Positions 31,852-40,370 of a DNA stretch of 64,000 bases are shown here, one piece after another. The notes under the pieces are model-generated. The model had not been told where the DNA came from. It searched no databases and worked only from the letters and a program-made list of their open reading frames with translations. Numbering within the stretch: the first letter of the stretch is position 1; each line of letters starts with the position of its first letter. A program made the translations under genes and the position numbers. The stretch comes from Alphaproteobacteria bacterium (lineage in GTDB: Bacteria > Pseudomonadota > Alphaproteobacteria > SP197). Where the stretch lies: positions 2,624,001 through 2,688,000 of the forward strand of contig OZ245842.1 in assembly GCA_965228895.1 (NCBI GenBank), given 5' to 3'.

Positions 31852-32759
31852 TCCTCCAGCACCGCCGGGAAACCGTCGGCGCGCAGGTCGGTGCCAAGCG
31901 CATCCTCCAACAGCTTGACCACCTGCGACGACCAGGCATCGCCACCGTATTCTTCGCGGGCGCGGACGAAGATCTGGTCAACGAGTGCGGCGAGCTCCAG
32001 GGGCACGCCGAAGCTGCGGCCCATGTCGAGGGCAAAGCCCATGTCCTTCAGCGCCAGATCCATGGTGAAGCCGATGTTGTAGCTGCCGTTCAGGATCACC
32101 TGGCTTTCGGTCTCATGCACGAAGCTGTTGCCGGAGCTGGCGCGGATCGCCTCGAAAGACTGGGCGAGGTCCAGGCCGCCGCGCTTGGCGAGCATCAACG
32201 CCTCGCCCGCCGCGACGAGATGAATGAAGGCCAGCATGTTGGTAATGACCTTGATGACGGACGCACTGCCCAAGGGGCCCATGTGGAAGATCTCACCGCC
32301 CATGGCCTGCAGCGCGGGACGGTGTTTCTTGAACACCGCTGCGTCACCGCCGACCAGGACGGTGATCTCGCCCGATGCCGCGCGGTGGACGCCACCGGTA
32401 ACCGGCGCCTCCAGGGTCGATGCGCCTTTCTCGGCCAACAGGCCTGCCAAGCGCTCGATCTCGTCGGCGTCGTTGGTGCTCATCTCGATCCAGGCGGCGC
32501 CCTCGGCGATGCCTTCAAGAACGCCGTTCGGGCCGGCGACAACCGCGGTCGCCGCCTTGGGCGACGGCAGGCAGGTGAAAACCGCATCGGCGCCATTGGC
32601 GGCATCGCGCGGTGACTCCGCCCAGACCGCGCCGGCCGCAATCAGGCCCTCGGCGGCTTTCTTGTCGAGGTCGTGGACTTGGACGTCGAAACCTTCACGG
32701 ACCAGGCTTGCCGCCAGGTGCGCGCCCAGGTTTCCAAGACCGATGAACCCATAGCGCAT
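31848..32759 (-). CDS. Beta-hydroxyacid dehydrogenase (3-hydroxyisobutyrate dehydrogenase family)
   Basis: GFIGLGNLG, EAPVTGG, catalytic K in VIKVITN, F..DL..KD. RBS AAGGAG. Confidence 0.9.
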   Translation of the reverse strand: MRYGFIGLGNLGAHLAASLVREGFDVQVHDLDKKAAEGLIAAGAVWAESPRDAANGADAVFTCLPSPKAATAVVAGPNGVLEGIAEGAAWIEMSTNDADEIERLAGLLAEKGASTLEAPVTGGVHRAASGEITVLVGGDAAVFKKHRPALQAMGGEIFHMGPLGSASVIKVITNMLAFIHLVAAGEALMLAKRGGLDLAQSFEAIRASSGNSFVHETESQVILNGSYNIGFTMDLALKDMGFALDMGRSFGVPLELAALVDQIFVRAREEYGGDAWSSQVVKLLEDALGTDLRADGFPAVLED

Positions 32760-32800
32760 CGGCATTCTCCTTCGTTGCAAGATATTGGGGGCCCCACCGG

Positions 32801-33985
32801 TTAGAGCGGGTGTTCGACCGACTCCAGGTGCAGCTCGGTGTCGTCATAGGGGTTGGCGGCGGCGACGTCTTCGTCGAGCTCGATGCCCAGTCCCGGCGCC
32901 TCCGGCGGGATGACATAACCGTCTTCCCACACCATCGGCTTTTTCAGGATTTCGGCGTGGAAGCCGCCCCATGTATGGATGCTCTCCAGGATCAGGAAGT
33001 TGGGCGTGCAGGCGGCGAGCTGCGCGTTCGTCGCGCCCTCGACCGGGCCGCAGTAAAGGTGCGGCGCGATCTGGGCATAGTGCGCCTCGGCCATGCCGGC
33101 GATCTTTTTGCCTTCCAACAGGCCGCCGACCCGGCCCTGCGCCATCTGCAGGATCGAGGCCGCGCCATGGCGCAGGACACGGGCGAACTCGTACTTGGTG
33201 GTCAGGCGCTCGCCGGTCGCGATCGGGATCGACGTGTGGCGCGCCACCTCGGCCATCTGTTCCGGCATTTCGGGCGGCACCGGTTCCTCGAACCACAGGG
33301 GGTCATAGGGCTCCAGCCGCCGCGCCAGACGGATCGCGCCGGACGTGGTGAACTGACCGTGGGTGCCGAACAGGAGATCGCAGCGCGTGCCCAACGCCTC
33401 GCGCAGCTTTTTGACGAACTGCTCGGAAAGCTCCATGCGCTCGAGTGAAGGCTGGCGTGGATCGAAACTTGAAAACCTTCCGGCGGGATCGAACTTGACC
33501 GCGGTAAAACCCAGATCGGCGTACTCCAGCGCACGCTCGACGGCGAGGTCCGGATCCTCGTAGACATCGGTCTTATCGTCGGGCTTGGGGTAGATATAGG
33601 TATAGGAGCGCAGGCGGTCGTGCACACGGCCGCCCAAGAGCTCATAGATCGGCTTGTTGACCTCCTTGCCGACGATATCCCAGCACGCCGTCTCCAACGC
33701 CGACAGCACGCCCATCAGCGAGATATCCGGGCGCTGAGAAAAGCCCCGGCTATAGACGTTGCGCCACATGACCTCGATGCGAAAGGGGTCCATGCCGCGG
33801 ACATGGCGCTCGAACACATCCTCGACCATGCGCGCGATCGTGTGGGGACCGAAGGTGGCGGCGTACACCTCGCCGATGCCTTCGACACCGCTGTCTGTGG
33901 TCAGCTTCAGGAAGACGAAGTACCGGCCGCCGAAATGGGGCGGCGGGTTACCGACGACAAAGGTCTTGAGGTCCGTGATCTTCAA
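32801..33985 (-). CDS. Enolase-superfamily (mandelate racemase/galactonate dehydratase-like) enzyme
   Basis: TTG start at 33985 after GGGAGG. G.GE, WDI.GK....P.YELLGG, KFD, EEP, TGE, APH, PGLG. Confidence 0.92.
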   Translation of the reverse strand: MKITDLKTFVVGNPPPHFGGRYFVFLKLTTDSGVEGIGEVYAATFGPHTIARMVEDVFERHVRGMDPFRIEVMWRNVYSRGFSQRPDISLMGVLSALETACWDIVGKEVNKPIYELLGGRVHDRLRSYTYIYPKPDDKTDVYEDPDLAVERALEYADLGFTAVKFDPAGRFSSFDPRQPSLERMELSEQFVKKLREALGTRCDLLFGTHGQFTTSGAIRLARRLEPYDPLWFEEPVPPEMPEQMAEVARHTSIPIATGERLTTKYEFARVLRHGAASILQMAQGRVGGLLEGKKIAGMAEAHYAQIAPHLYCGPVEGATNAQLAACTPNFLILESIHTWGGFHAEILKKPMVWEDGYVIPPEAPGLGIELDEDVAAANPYDDTELHLESVEHPL

Positions 33986-34101
33986 GGCAGCCCCCTCCCC
34001 GCGCCAACTGTCACTGCCGCGGAATTGATGGCGGACCATGCAACCAAACGGTCTCGCCAGGCAATCGGAAATGCCTGTTGCTTGATCTGCTGGTGCAGAG
34101 C

Positions 34102-34216
34102 CGGCACTGGCCCGCTCTCCCTCCTCCGGGGCAAAACGCCGAGAGGCGTTTTCGCCGAGGCCACCCCGAGGATGCTGCCATGGGTGGCCGGGAGGGGGAG
34201 CGGGCCGGTGATGCCG
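34102..34216. repeat. Branched palindromic (REP/MITE-like) stem-loop element
   Basis: A 20-bp outer stem (34105-34124 with 34191-34210) encloses hairpin AAAACGCC-GAGA-GGCGTTTT and stem GGCCACCC/GGGTGGCC. Confidence 0.75.
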
Positions 34217-34230
34217 ACGAGACGTTAGCT

Positions 34231-35064
34231 CTAGCTTTGGTCGACAAATGTTTCGAGCGGTGCGGGCAGGTTCGATTGGGTCGCCTCGTCGCCGATCAGG
34301 ACCATGTAGAGCAGCGTGATTGCGCCGGCGATCAGCGCCAGGAGCGCCAGGAACACCAGGCTGGACACGAAGCGGGCGATGAGGTCGACGGCCATGCCCA
34401 GCGGTCCTAACGCCGCGGCACCGGAAGCGGCCACGGAGCCGAAGACCGAGATCAACAGCAGTTCGATCAGCACGACCGGAATGCCGACCAGCAGCAGCGT
34501 CGCGACAACCCGGCCGGTGTTGCCGCTGACGCCCTGCCAGCTCCGGCTGGGGTCTGCCGCCTCGTCGAACGCCACCATCGGCAGCATCAGACACAGGCGC
34601 GCGATCAACATGATCGCCACGACCGGCACGGCCAGGATGACGATGCCGCCCAGGCCGCCGCCCTGTGCAATCAAGCTGGAGACCGTGAAGAGCGCACCCA
34701 TGCCCAGTGACAGGATCGAAACGATGACGAAGGCGACAAGCGCGTAGACGAGTTCGCGGCGGCCAAAGCGGAAGTAGTATCGCCGCCCGGCGAAACTCTC
34801 TCCCAAGCCGACATGGCGGTGCCATGCGACCACAAACACCGTCTGCATGACGGCCGCGATGACGACAAACAAGAGCAAGGCGCCGAACCCGACCTGGACT
34901 TCGCCGGTCTCCGGCGACACGGCGAAGATGCTCGACTCGAGCACCATCCCGGCGACCGAACTGATCAAGGCGGGTAGCCAGCCAAGCCGGAGCGCGGTGT
35001 CGAAGCTTTTGACGACCGAATGCACGGCGTAGCGCGCGATGGACAACGGAAGGATCTTGGTCAT
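34231..35064 (-). CDS. Polytopic membrane protein, YciC-like family, paralog A (divergent)
   Basis: About 6 TM segments. A.R.GW.P, AWHR....GE, RFGRRE, RL.L.LP.VA.D, W....GN..R. Confidence 0.8.
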   Translation of the reverse strand: MTKILPLSIARYAVHSVVKSFDTALRLGWLPALISSVAGMVLESSIFAVSPETGEVQVGFGALLLFVVIAAVMQTVFVVAWHRHVGLGESFAGRRYYFRFGRRELVYALVAFVIVSILSLGMGALFTVSSLIAQGGGLGGIVILAVPVVAIMLIARLCLMLPMVAFDEAADPSRSWQGVSGNTGRVVATLLLVGIPVVLIELLLISVFGSVAASGAAALGPLGMAVDLIARFVSSLVFLALLALIAGAITLLYMVLIGDEATQSNLPAPLETFVDQS

Positions 35065-35207
35065 GCAGGCTCACTCAGGTTGCCGGCGACCCTTAGCACA
35101 GGCTTCCCGCCGGCGCGACGGGCTGTGGATGGCGACCGTCGCCAACCGGCGAGCAAGCGGCTATAAGGCCGCGTGCAGGCAACGGCCGGTGTTCCAGGGG
35201 AAGGCGT

Positions 35208-36326
35208 ATGGGTTGGGTGAAGAGGCTCGCGAGAGAGTATGCGCTGTGGGCAGCGCTGGTGTCGGTTGTGATCGCCTTCTTGATGGGCGCCGGCTTCACC
35301 ATCGACGAAACCCTGGTCGACAGCTTTCCGGGACCCTGGGCGGGAATCGGCCTGTTCGCCTGGCTGTTTGTCATCATCCTGTGGGCTGCCTCCAGCGTCG
35401 TCGCCCATGCCGAATACCTCGCCCACAAATACGGCGAGCCCTACGGCACGTTGATCCTGACGCTGTCGGTCGTGATCATCGAGGTCATCATGATCGCCGT
35501 CGTCATGCTGCACGAAGAGAACAACCCGACCTTCGCGCGCGACACGCTCTATACGCTGCTGATCTTGATGATGAACGTCATGATCGGCCTGCCGATCCTG
35601 GTCGGCGGCCTGAAACACGGCGAGCAGCGCTACAACCTCAAGAGTTCGGAGACCTACTTCTCCGTCATCCTATGTTTTGTCGGCCTGGGCCTTTTCATGC
35701 CGGCCGCTATCGAGCCGTCCTACGTTGCGACCTATGAGCTGTTCCTGATCCTGGCGTGCGGCGCGCTCTACGCGGTTTTCCTGCGCATTCAGACAAAGGA
35801 GCATCGCTACTTCTTCGTCTTCGAGCCCTCCAGCACCGCCAAGGAAGTGACCGAAGGCGAAGCTAAGCATGCCGGCGAAAGCGCGATTTTTCACATCATC
35901 GTTCTGATCGTTGTCCTGTGCCTGTTGGCCTTTCTGTCGAAGAGCATGGCGATCGTCACCGACCGCGCGGTCAAGGATCTGGATGCACCGCAAGCCCTTG
36001 GCGCCCTGATCGTCGCCGTGTTGATCTTGACGCCGGAAGCGCTGACGTCGCTGCGCGCCGGCCTCAACAACGAAGCCCAGCGGGTCGTCAACATCGGCCT
36101 GGGTTCGGCCCTATCCACCATGGGTCTCACCATTCCGACGGTGCTGATTATCGGCTTGGCAACGGGTCACCCGGTCAATCTTGCGCTGACGCCGACGCAG
36201 ATGATCCTGCTGGGCCTGACGCTCCTGGTCGGTATCGTGTCTTACCGCCGCGGCGAGACCAACGTCCTGATGGGCATGATCCACATGGTGCTGTTCGCGA
36301 CCTTCGCCGTCTTGATCTTCATGTAG
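35208..36326 (+). CDS. chaA: Ca2+(Na+)/H+ antiporter, CaCA family
   Basis: HAE.LA...GEPYGTLILTLSV..IEV, ARDT, GGLKH.EQ.YN, PE..., LGSALST.GLTIP. Confidence 0.9.
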   Translation: MGWVKRLAREYALWAALVSVVIAFLMGAGFTIDETLVDSFPGPWAGIGLFAWLFVIILWAASSVVAHAEYLAHKYGEPYGTLILTLSVVIIEVIMIAVVMLHEENNPTFARDTLYTLLILMMNVMIGLPILVGGLKHGEQRYNLKSSETYFSVILCFVGLGLFMPAAIEPSYVATYELFLILACGALYAVFLRIQTKEHRYFFVFEPSSTAKEVTEGEAKHAGESAIFHIIVLIVVLCLLAFLSKSMAIVTDRAVKDLDAPQALGALIVAVLILTPEALTSLRAGLNNEAQRVVNIGLGSALSTMGLTIPTVLIIGLATGHPVNLALTPTQMILLGLTLLVGIVSYRRGETNVLMGMIHMVLFATFAVLIFM

Positions 36327-36341
36327 GCGACGGCATCACCG

Positions 36342-37238
36342 CTAGTCGTCGAAGACCGCGAGGTCCTGGTCGGAAACGCCGGCGCCCGGGCCATTCAATT
36401 GCCTGTAGCAGTCGGCCAGCGACCCCAGCGTGATCATGAAACCGCCGACATAAATGGCGTCGTAAGCCAGCAGCGGCAGGACAATGCCGAACGAGATGCT
36501 GCCCGGCGCCATGGCGCCGACCAGGCCCGAAACGAGGCCAACCGGTATGAAGGCGACAAACGACAGAATGCCGACGAAGAATGTGATGACAAAGTAAGTC
36601 CAGAACAGGCGCCAGCTGTTACTCCGACCCAAACGCCAGGCCGTGCCCCAATTCGCGCCTTGATCCAGCGCGACCATCGGAAACAGAAGCGCCATCCGGA
36701 CGAATGCCAGCATCAACGCGCCGTAGACGACGAGGATGACGACGTTAACGAAACCGCCGATCACAAACGCAAGACCGGCGGCGAGCGAAATGACGGCAAA
36801 CCCGACAATGCCGAACACCAGCATCAGCAAAACGGACGCCCCGAGCATCCTGAACTCGCGCCCACCGAACTGGAACATGCCGGCCCGTCCGGCCAAATCA
36901 TCGCGACGCAGCAGAAACCGCAGCCATCCGGTCGTGACCATGACATAGGCCAGGATCGTTACCAGGCCCGCGATGACGCCCAGCCAGCCGAAACGCCGCA
37001 TGAACTCGATGCCAAGCTGCTGCATTTCGCCCTCGGTCAGAACCTCACTCTGACCATCGGCTGCACCTTCTTGGGGCACGAGCGCTTCCAGTTCCGGCAG
37101 CACCACAGCCATGAAAATACCGTGCACGAGGACCAGGATGACAAGCGGCACCCAGCCGATTTTTACGGCGCTACGAAACTGCCCGAAGAACTGTTTGATG
37201 CCGGCGCCGACCGCCTGACCGATCTGCAGCTTTTGCAT
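36342..37238 (-). CDS. Polytopic membrane protein, paralog B
   Basis: IGWVP, GWLRF, FGGRE, R..L.FP.VALDQG..W..AWR...N.WRL; ends GSLADCYRQLNGPG...LAVFDD. Confidence 0.85.
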   Translation of the reverse strand: MQKLQIGQAVGAGIKQFFGQFRSAVKIGWVPLVILVLVHGIFMAVVLPELEALVPQEGAADGQSEVLTEGEMQQLGIEFMRRFGWLGVIAGLVTILAYVMVTTGWLRFLLRRDDLAGRAGMFQFGGREFRMLGASVLLMLVFGIVGFAVISLAAGLAFVIGGFVNVVILVVYGALMLAFVRMALLFPMVALDQGANWGTAWRLGRSNSWRLFWTYFVITFFVGILSFVAFIPVGLVSGLVGAMAPGSISFGIVLPLLAYDAIYVGGFMITLGSLADCYRQLNGPGAGVSDQDLAVFDD

Positions 37239-37339
37239 GCCCCCTCCTCTCGACCTTCACAGCATTATAGCGGCGACCTCAGCAGGTGCGCGACAATCAC
37301 CTGCGTTGTGAGGGTAACCGCAGGTACCGCGGTTGAGGA

Positions 37340-38245
37340 TCAAGCGTCGTCGAAGACGGCAAGCACGGACTCCGGCACACCGAGCCCGGGCCCGCCGAGC
37401 TGACGATAGGCTTCGGCCAGCGACCCCATCAGCATCATAAACCCGATCGCACCGGCAACGCCGTAGACCGCCATCGACGCCTGCGTGGCAAGGCCCGGCG
37501 TCGGGCCACTTACCGCTTCCAGCAGGTGTCCGATCAGCACAGCCGGCAGCCCGACCAGCACCACGGGCATCCAGGAAAGGACAAAGGCTAACGTCAACGC
37601 CAGAGCCAGCTTGCCTGTCTTACCGCTGGCCAGTCCGCGCAAGGTCATCCAACCCATGGTTCCGGTCACGACAATCATCGGCAGCACCAAGGCGATGTCC
37701 ATGACGAGGGCGATGGTGAAAATCAGCACCAGAAAAAACACCAGGATCCCAGCGACGATATCGGCCTCAACACCGACCACAAAAGCCAGATAGATCGAGC
37801 CGACAAGGCCCGCCAAGGCAACCGAACAACAGATGACGGTGACCAGCAGCATGCGTAGAAAGCGCCCGCCGGGCGCGAGCCGTTCCCCATGGACCGTCTT
37901 TTGATCAGGCAGGACGCGTGAGAGCCATATCCGTGCGAACACCACATAACAACCTGCCAGGGCGATCAGTAGCGCGAACACCGACCAATCGAAGGGATTG
38001 AGGCTGTCGATCACAAGCGAGACAACCGCAAAGACCGCCTCGAAAAAACCCCACCGTTCGGCGCCAAGGTATGTCGCGCGACGCCCCATTTCGATGAGAA
38101 CGCCCTGCCCAATCAGGATCATCATGACAGGCAGAAGGCATGCGCTTGCCGCCCCGGGAATGTCTGCAAGGATTGGCCGCAGGCCGGCGCCAAGAATGCG
38201 GCCCGCCCGAAGCGCGCCGTCGCCAGGCGACACGGCAGCCTCCAT
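37340..38245 (-). CDS. Polytopic membrane protein, paralog C (start uncertain)
   Basis: Similar TM pattern; ends GSLAEAYRQLGGPGLGVPESVLAVFDDA. Confidence 0.8.
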   Translation of the reverse strand: MEAAVSPGDGALRAGRILGAGLRPILADIPGAASACLLPVMMILIGQGVLIEMGRRATYLGAERWGFFEAVFAVVSLVIDSLNPFDWSVFALLIALAGCYVVFARIWLSRVLPDQKTVHGERLAPGGRFLRMLLVTVICCSVALAGLVGSIYLAFVVGVEADIVAGILVFFLVLIFTIALVMDIALVLPMIVVTGTMGWMTLRGLASGKTGKLALALTLAFVLSWMPVVLVGLPAVLIGHLLEAVSGPTPGLATQASMAVYGVAGAIGFMMLMGSLAEAYRQLGGPGLGVPESVLAVFDDA

Positions 38246-38403
38246 GTACCGGCTGGCCGGCAAGCGCGGCATCAATGGCTCCAAGAACGAGGCTCCGAGG
38301 TCGTCGGCGCTGATCTAACGCTTGTCGGCATGGTTGCCATCGGCACGTCTCCCAGGCGGGCTTTCTAGCGGCCTAATAGGGCGGTTTTCAGACCGCCCCA
38401 GCT

Positions 38404-39306
38404 TTAGTCGTCGAAGACCGACAAGACCCTCTCGGGCACCGCGATCCCGGCACCGTTCAACTGCCGGTAGGCCTCGGCCAGGGAGCCAAGCAGGACCATG
38501 GCGGAAAAGACGCCCGTAATCTGCTGGATGATCGCGCTGATCAGATCGATGACACCGAACGAAACGCTGCCGCCAAAACCCATGGCGAACGCAAGAATGC
38601 CGACAATCACGCTGGGCACCAGCGATATCGCCAGCACCAAAAGGGTTGCCAGACCGAAACCGGTGAACAGCCGCCAGCCGTTGCCCTTCGTCAGACGCCA
38701 CGCCGCGCCCCAGCGCATGCCCTGATCCAATGCGACCGACGGAAAGACCAACAACAAGCGTGTCGTCCACAGGACCATGAGAATCGCCAGCGGCACCACG
38801 GCGACGGCCGAGAGCCACGGACTGACCTGCGCCAGCCCGGCGCCGATCAGCACGATCACCGCCATCATAATGAGCCACAGCAACGCCCAAAGGATGTAGG
38901 CGAAGAACGTTATGACTTCGCGCCCGCCGAGACGAAGCAGACCGATGCGGCCGGCAAGATTGTCGCCGAGGAGTCCGAACCGCAGCCATGCGACCACGAG
39001 CATCATGTAAGCCGCGGCGGAGACAAGGATAAAAGCAAGCGCCTGCCAGCCGATCTGTGAGAAAAGCTCGCCGCCGGCCGCGATGACCTGTTCGACAACG
39101 GCAAGATCGTCGTTGGGATCGACGTTCTCGTAATAGAAGGTTGAGCCGAATGCCTCCATGGCTGGCGTGATCAGGACGATGTAGGCGATTTGGGCAAGGA
39201 TCAGGATCACCAGCGGCACCCAGGCGATCCTGATTGCCGTGCGGAACTGTCCGAAGAACAGGCGCAAGCCCTCGATGGCCACTTTGCCGACTTGAACCTT
39301 CGTCAT
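38404..39306 (-). CDS. Polytopic membrane protein, paralog D
   Basis: IAWVP, AWLRF, LGGRE, RLLLVFPSVALDQGM.W..AWRLTKGNGWRL; ends GSLAEAYRQLNGAG...LSVFDD. Confidence 0.87.
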   Translation of the reverse strand: MTKVQVGKVAIEGLRLFFGQFRTAIRIAWVPLVILILAQIAYIVLITPAMEAFGSTFYYENVDPNDDLAVVEQVIAAGGELFSQIGWQALAFILVSAAAYMMLVVAWLRFGLLGDNLAGRIGLLRLGGREVITFFAYILWALLWLIMMAVIVLIGAGLAQVSPWLSAVAVVPLAILMVLWTTRLLLVFPSVALDQGMRWGAAWRLTKGNGWRLFTGFGLATLLVLAISLVPSVIVGILAFAMGFGGSVSFGVIDLISAIIQQITGVFSAMVLLGSLAEAYRQLNGAGIAVPERVLSVFDD

Positions 39307-39367
39307 ACTAGCCTCGCCCAGAACGTGTCATAAGCCGCAAGCGCGGCGCCGGTAGAGCACATGGCCT

Positions 39368-40219
39368 CTAGTCGTCGAAGACCGAGAGCATCTCCTCCGG
39401 CACCACCATGCCCGGACCGTTGAGCTGGCGGTAAGCCTCAGCCAGCGAGCCCAGCAGAACCATCAGGAAAAACATGCTGAGTGCCTGTTGGACAAGGGAA
39501 TCGATCACACTCGCGGCGGAAAGTTCCAACGACGGCGCGACGGTCAGCAATTGAAGGGGAATGTTGACAACAACGACGATGACAAAGCCCAGGAGGAACG
39601 AGAGCATGAAGCCGATCAGCAAGCGCCAGCCGTTGCCCTTCGTCATGCGCCAAGCCCTGATCCAGCCCATGCCCTGGTTGAGGGAGATCATCGGGAAGAT
39701 CATCAACAGGCGTGCCGTCCACAGCATGGCGACCACCGTGAGCACAATGGCGACGACGGCGGCGATCCAGCCATCCAGCCGGGCTGCGGCCGTTGTGATC
39801 AGCCAGATGGCAATGCCCAACAGCGCCAACCAGATTGTCCACAACACATAAGCTAGGAAAAGCTTCACCTCGCGCCCGCCAAACCACAAAACGCCAACGA
39901 TTTCGCCGCGCAGGATGAAACGGATCCAACCGACCGTCAGCAGGGCATAGGCGAGGGTCGAAACAAGAAGCAACGCGAACGTCTGCCAGTCGATCGCCTG
40001 CCAAAACTGCCCGAGCACGGCGAGAGCTTCGTCGTCGCCCGCCTGGTCAAACTCAGCGCCGAATTCCTCGGCAACCGACGAGATGAGGCTGAAGTAGGCG
40101 AGTTCGGCCACGATCAGGAGAAGGTAAGGAAACCACGCGATCCGAAGCGCCTTACCGGCGTGCGTAAACACCAGGTTGACGCCCGAGATCGCGGTCCGGC
40201 CGATCATCAGTTTCGTCAT
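39368..40219 (-). CDS. Polytopic membrane protein, paralog E
   Basis: ATG 40219 after AGGAGG. IAWFP, GWIRF, FGGRE, AWRMTKGNGWRL; ends GSLAEAYRQLNGPG...LSVFDD. Confidence 0.87.
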   Translation of the reverse strand: MTKLMIGRTAISGVNLVFTHAGKALRIAWFPYLLLIVAELAYFSLISSVAEEFGAEFDQAGDDEALAVLGQFWQAIDWQTFALLLVSTLAYALLTVGWIRFILRGEIVGVLWFGGREVKLFLAYVLWTIWLALLGIAIWLITTAAARLDGWIAAVVAIVLTVVAMLWTARLLMIFPMISLNQGMGWIRAWRMTKGNGWRLLIGFMLSFLLGFVIVVVVNIPLQLLTVAPSLELSAASVIDSLVQQALSMFFLMVLLGSLAEAYRQLNGPGMVVPEEMLSVFDD

Positions 40220-40370
40220 GGCGACCTCCTTGCGGTCGTCATATCCGGCGCCCGCACAACGATGGCGCGTGGCGGCGTATCTTGGTGCGCACCACATATG
40301 GCCTGTCAACTGCAAAGAAATACCGCATCTTCTTGTTGCGGCGCACACGTTCCCGATATAGTCCGGAGCC

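Noticed and set aside
32801-35074. 757-aa ORF suggesting an N-terminally extended or fused enolase
   Set aside because: The upstream ~360 codons are Arg/Pro/Gly-rich off-frame read-through of membrane paralog A and the palindromic element. The real gene starts at TTG 33985 with its own RBS.
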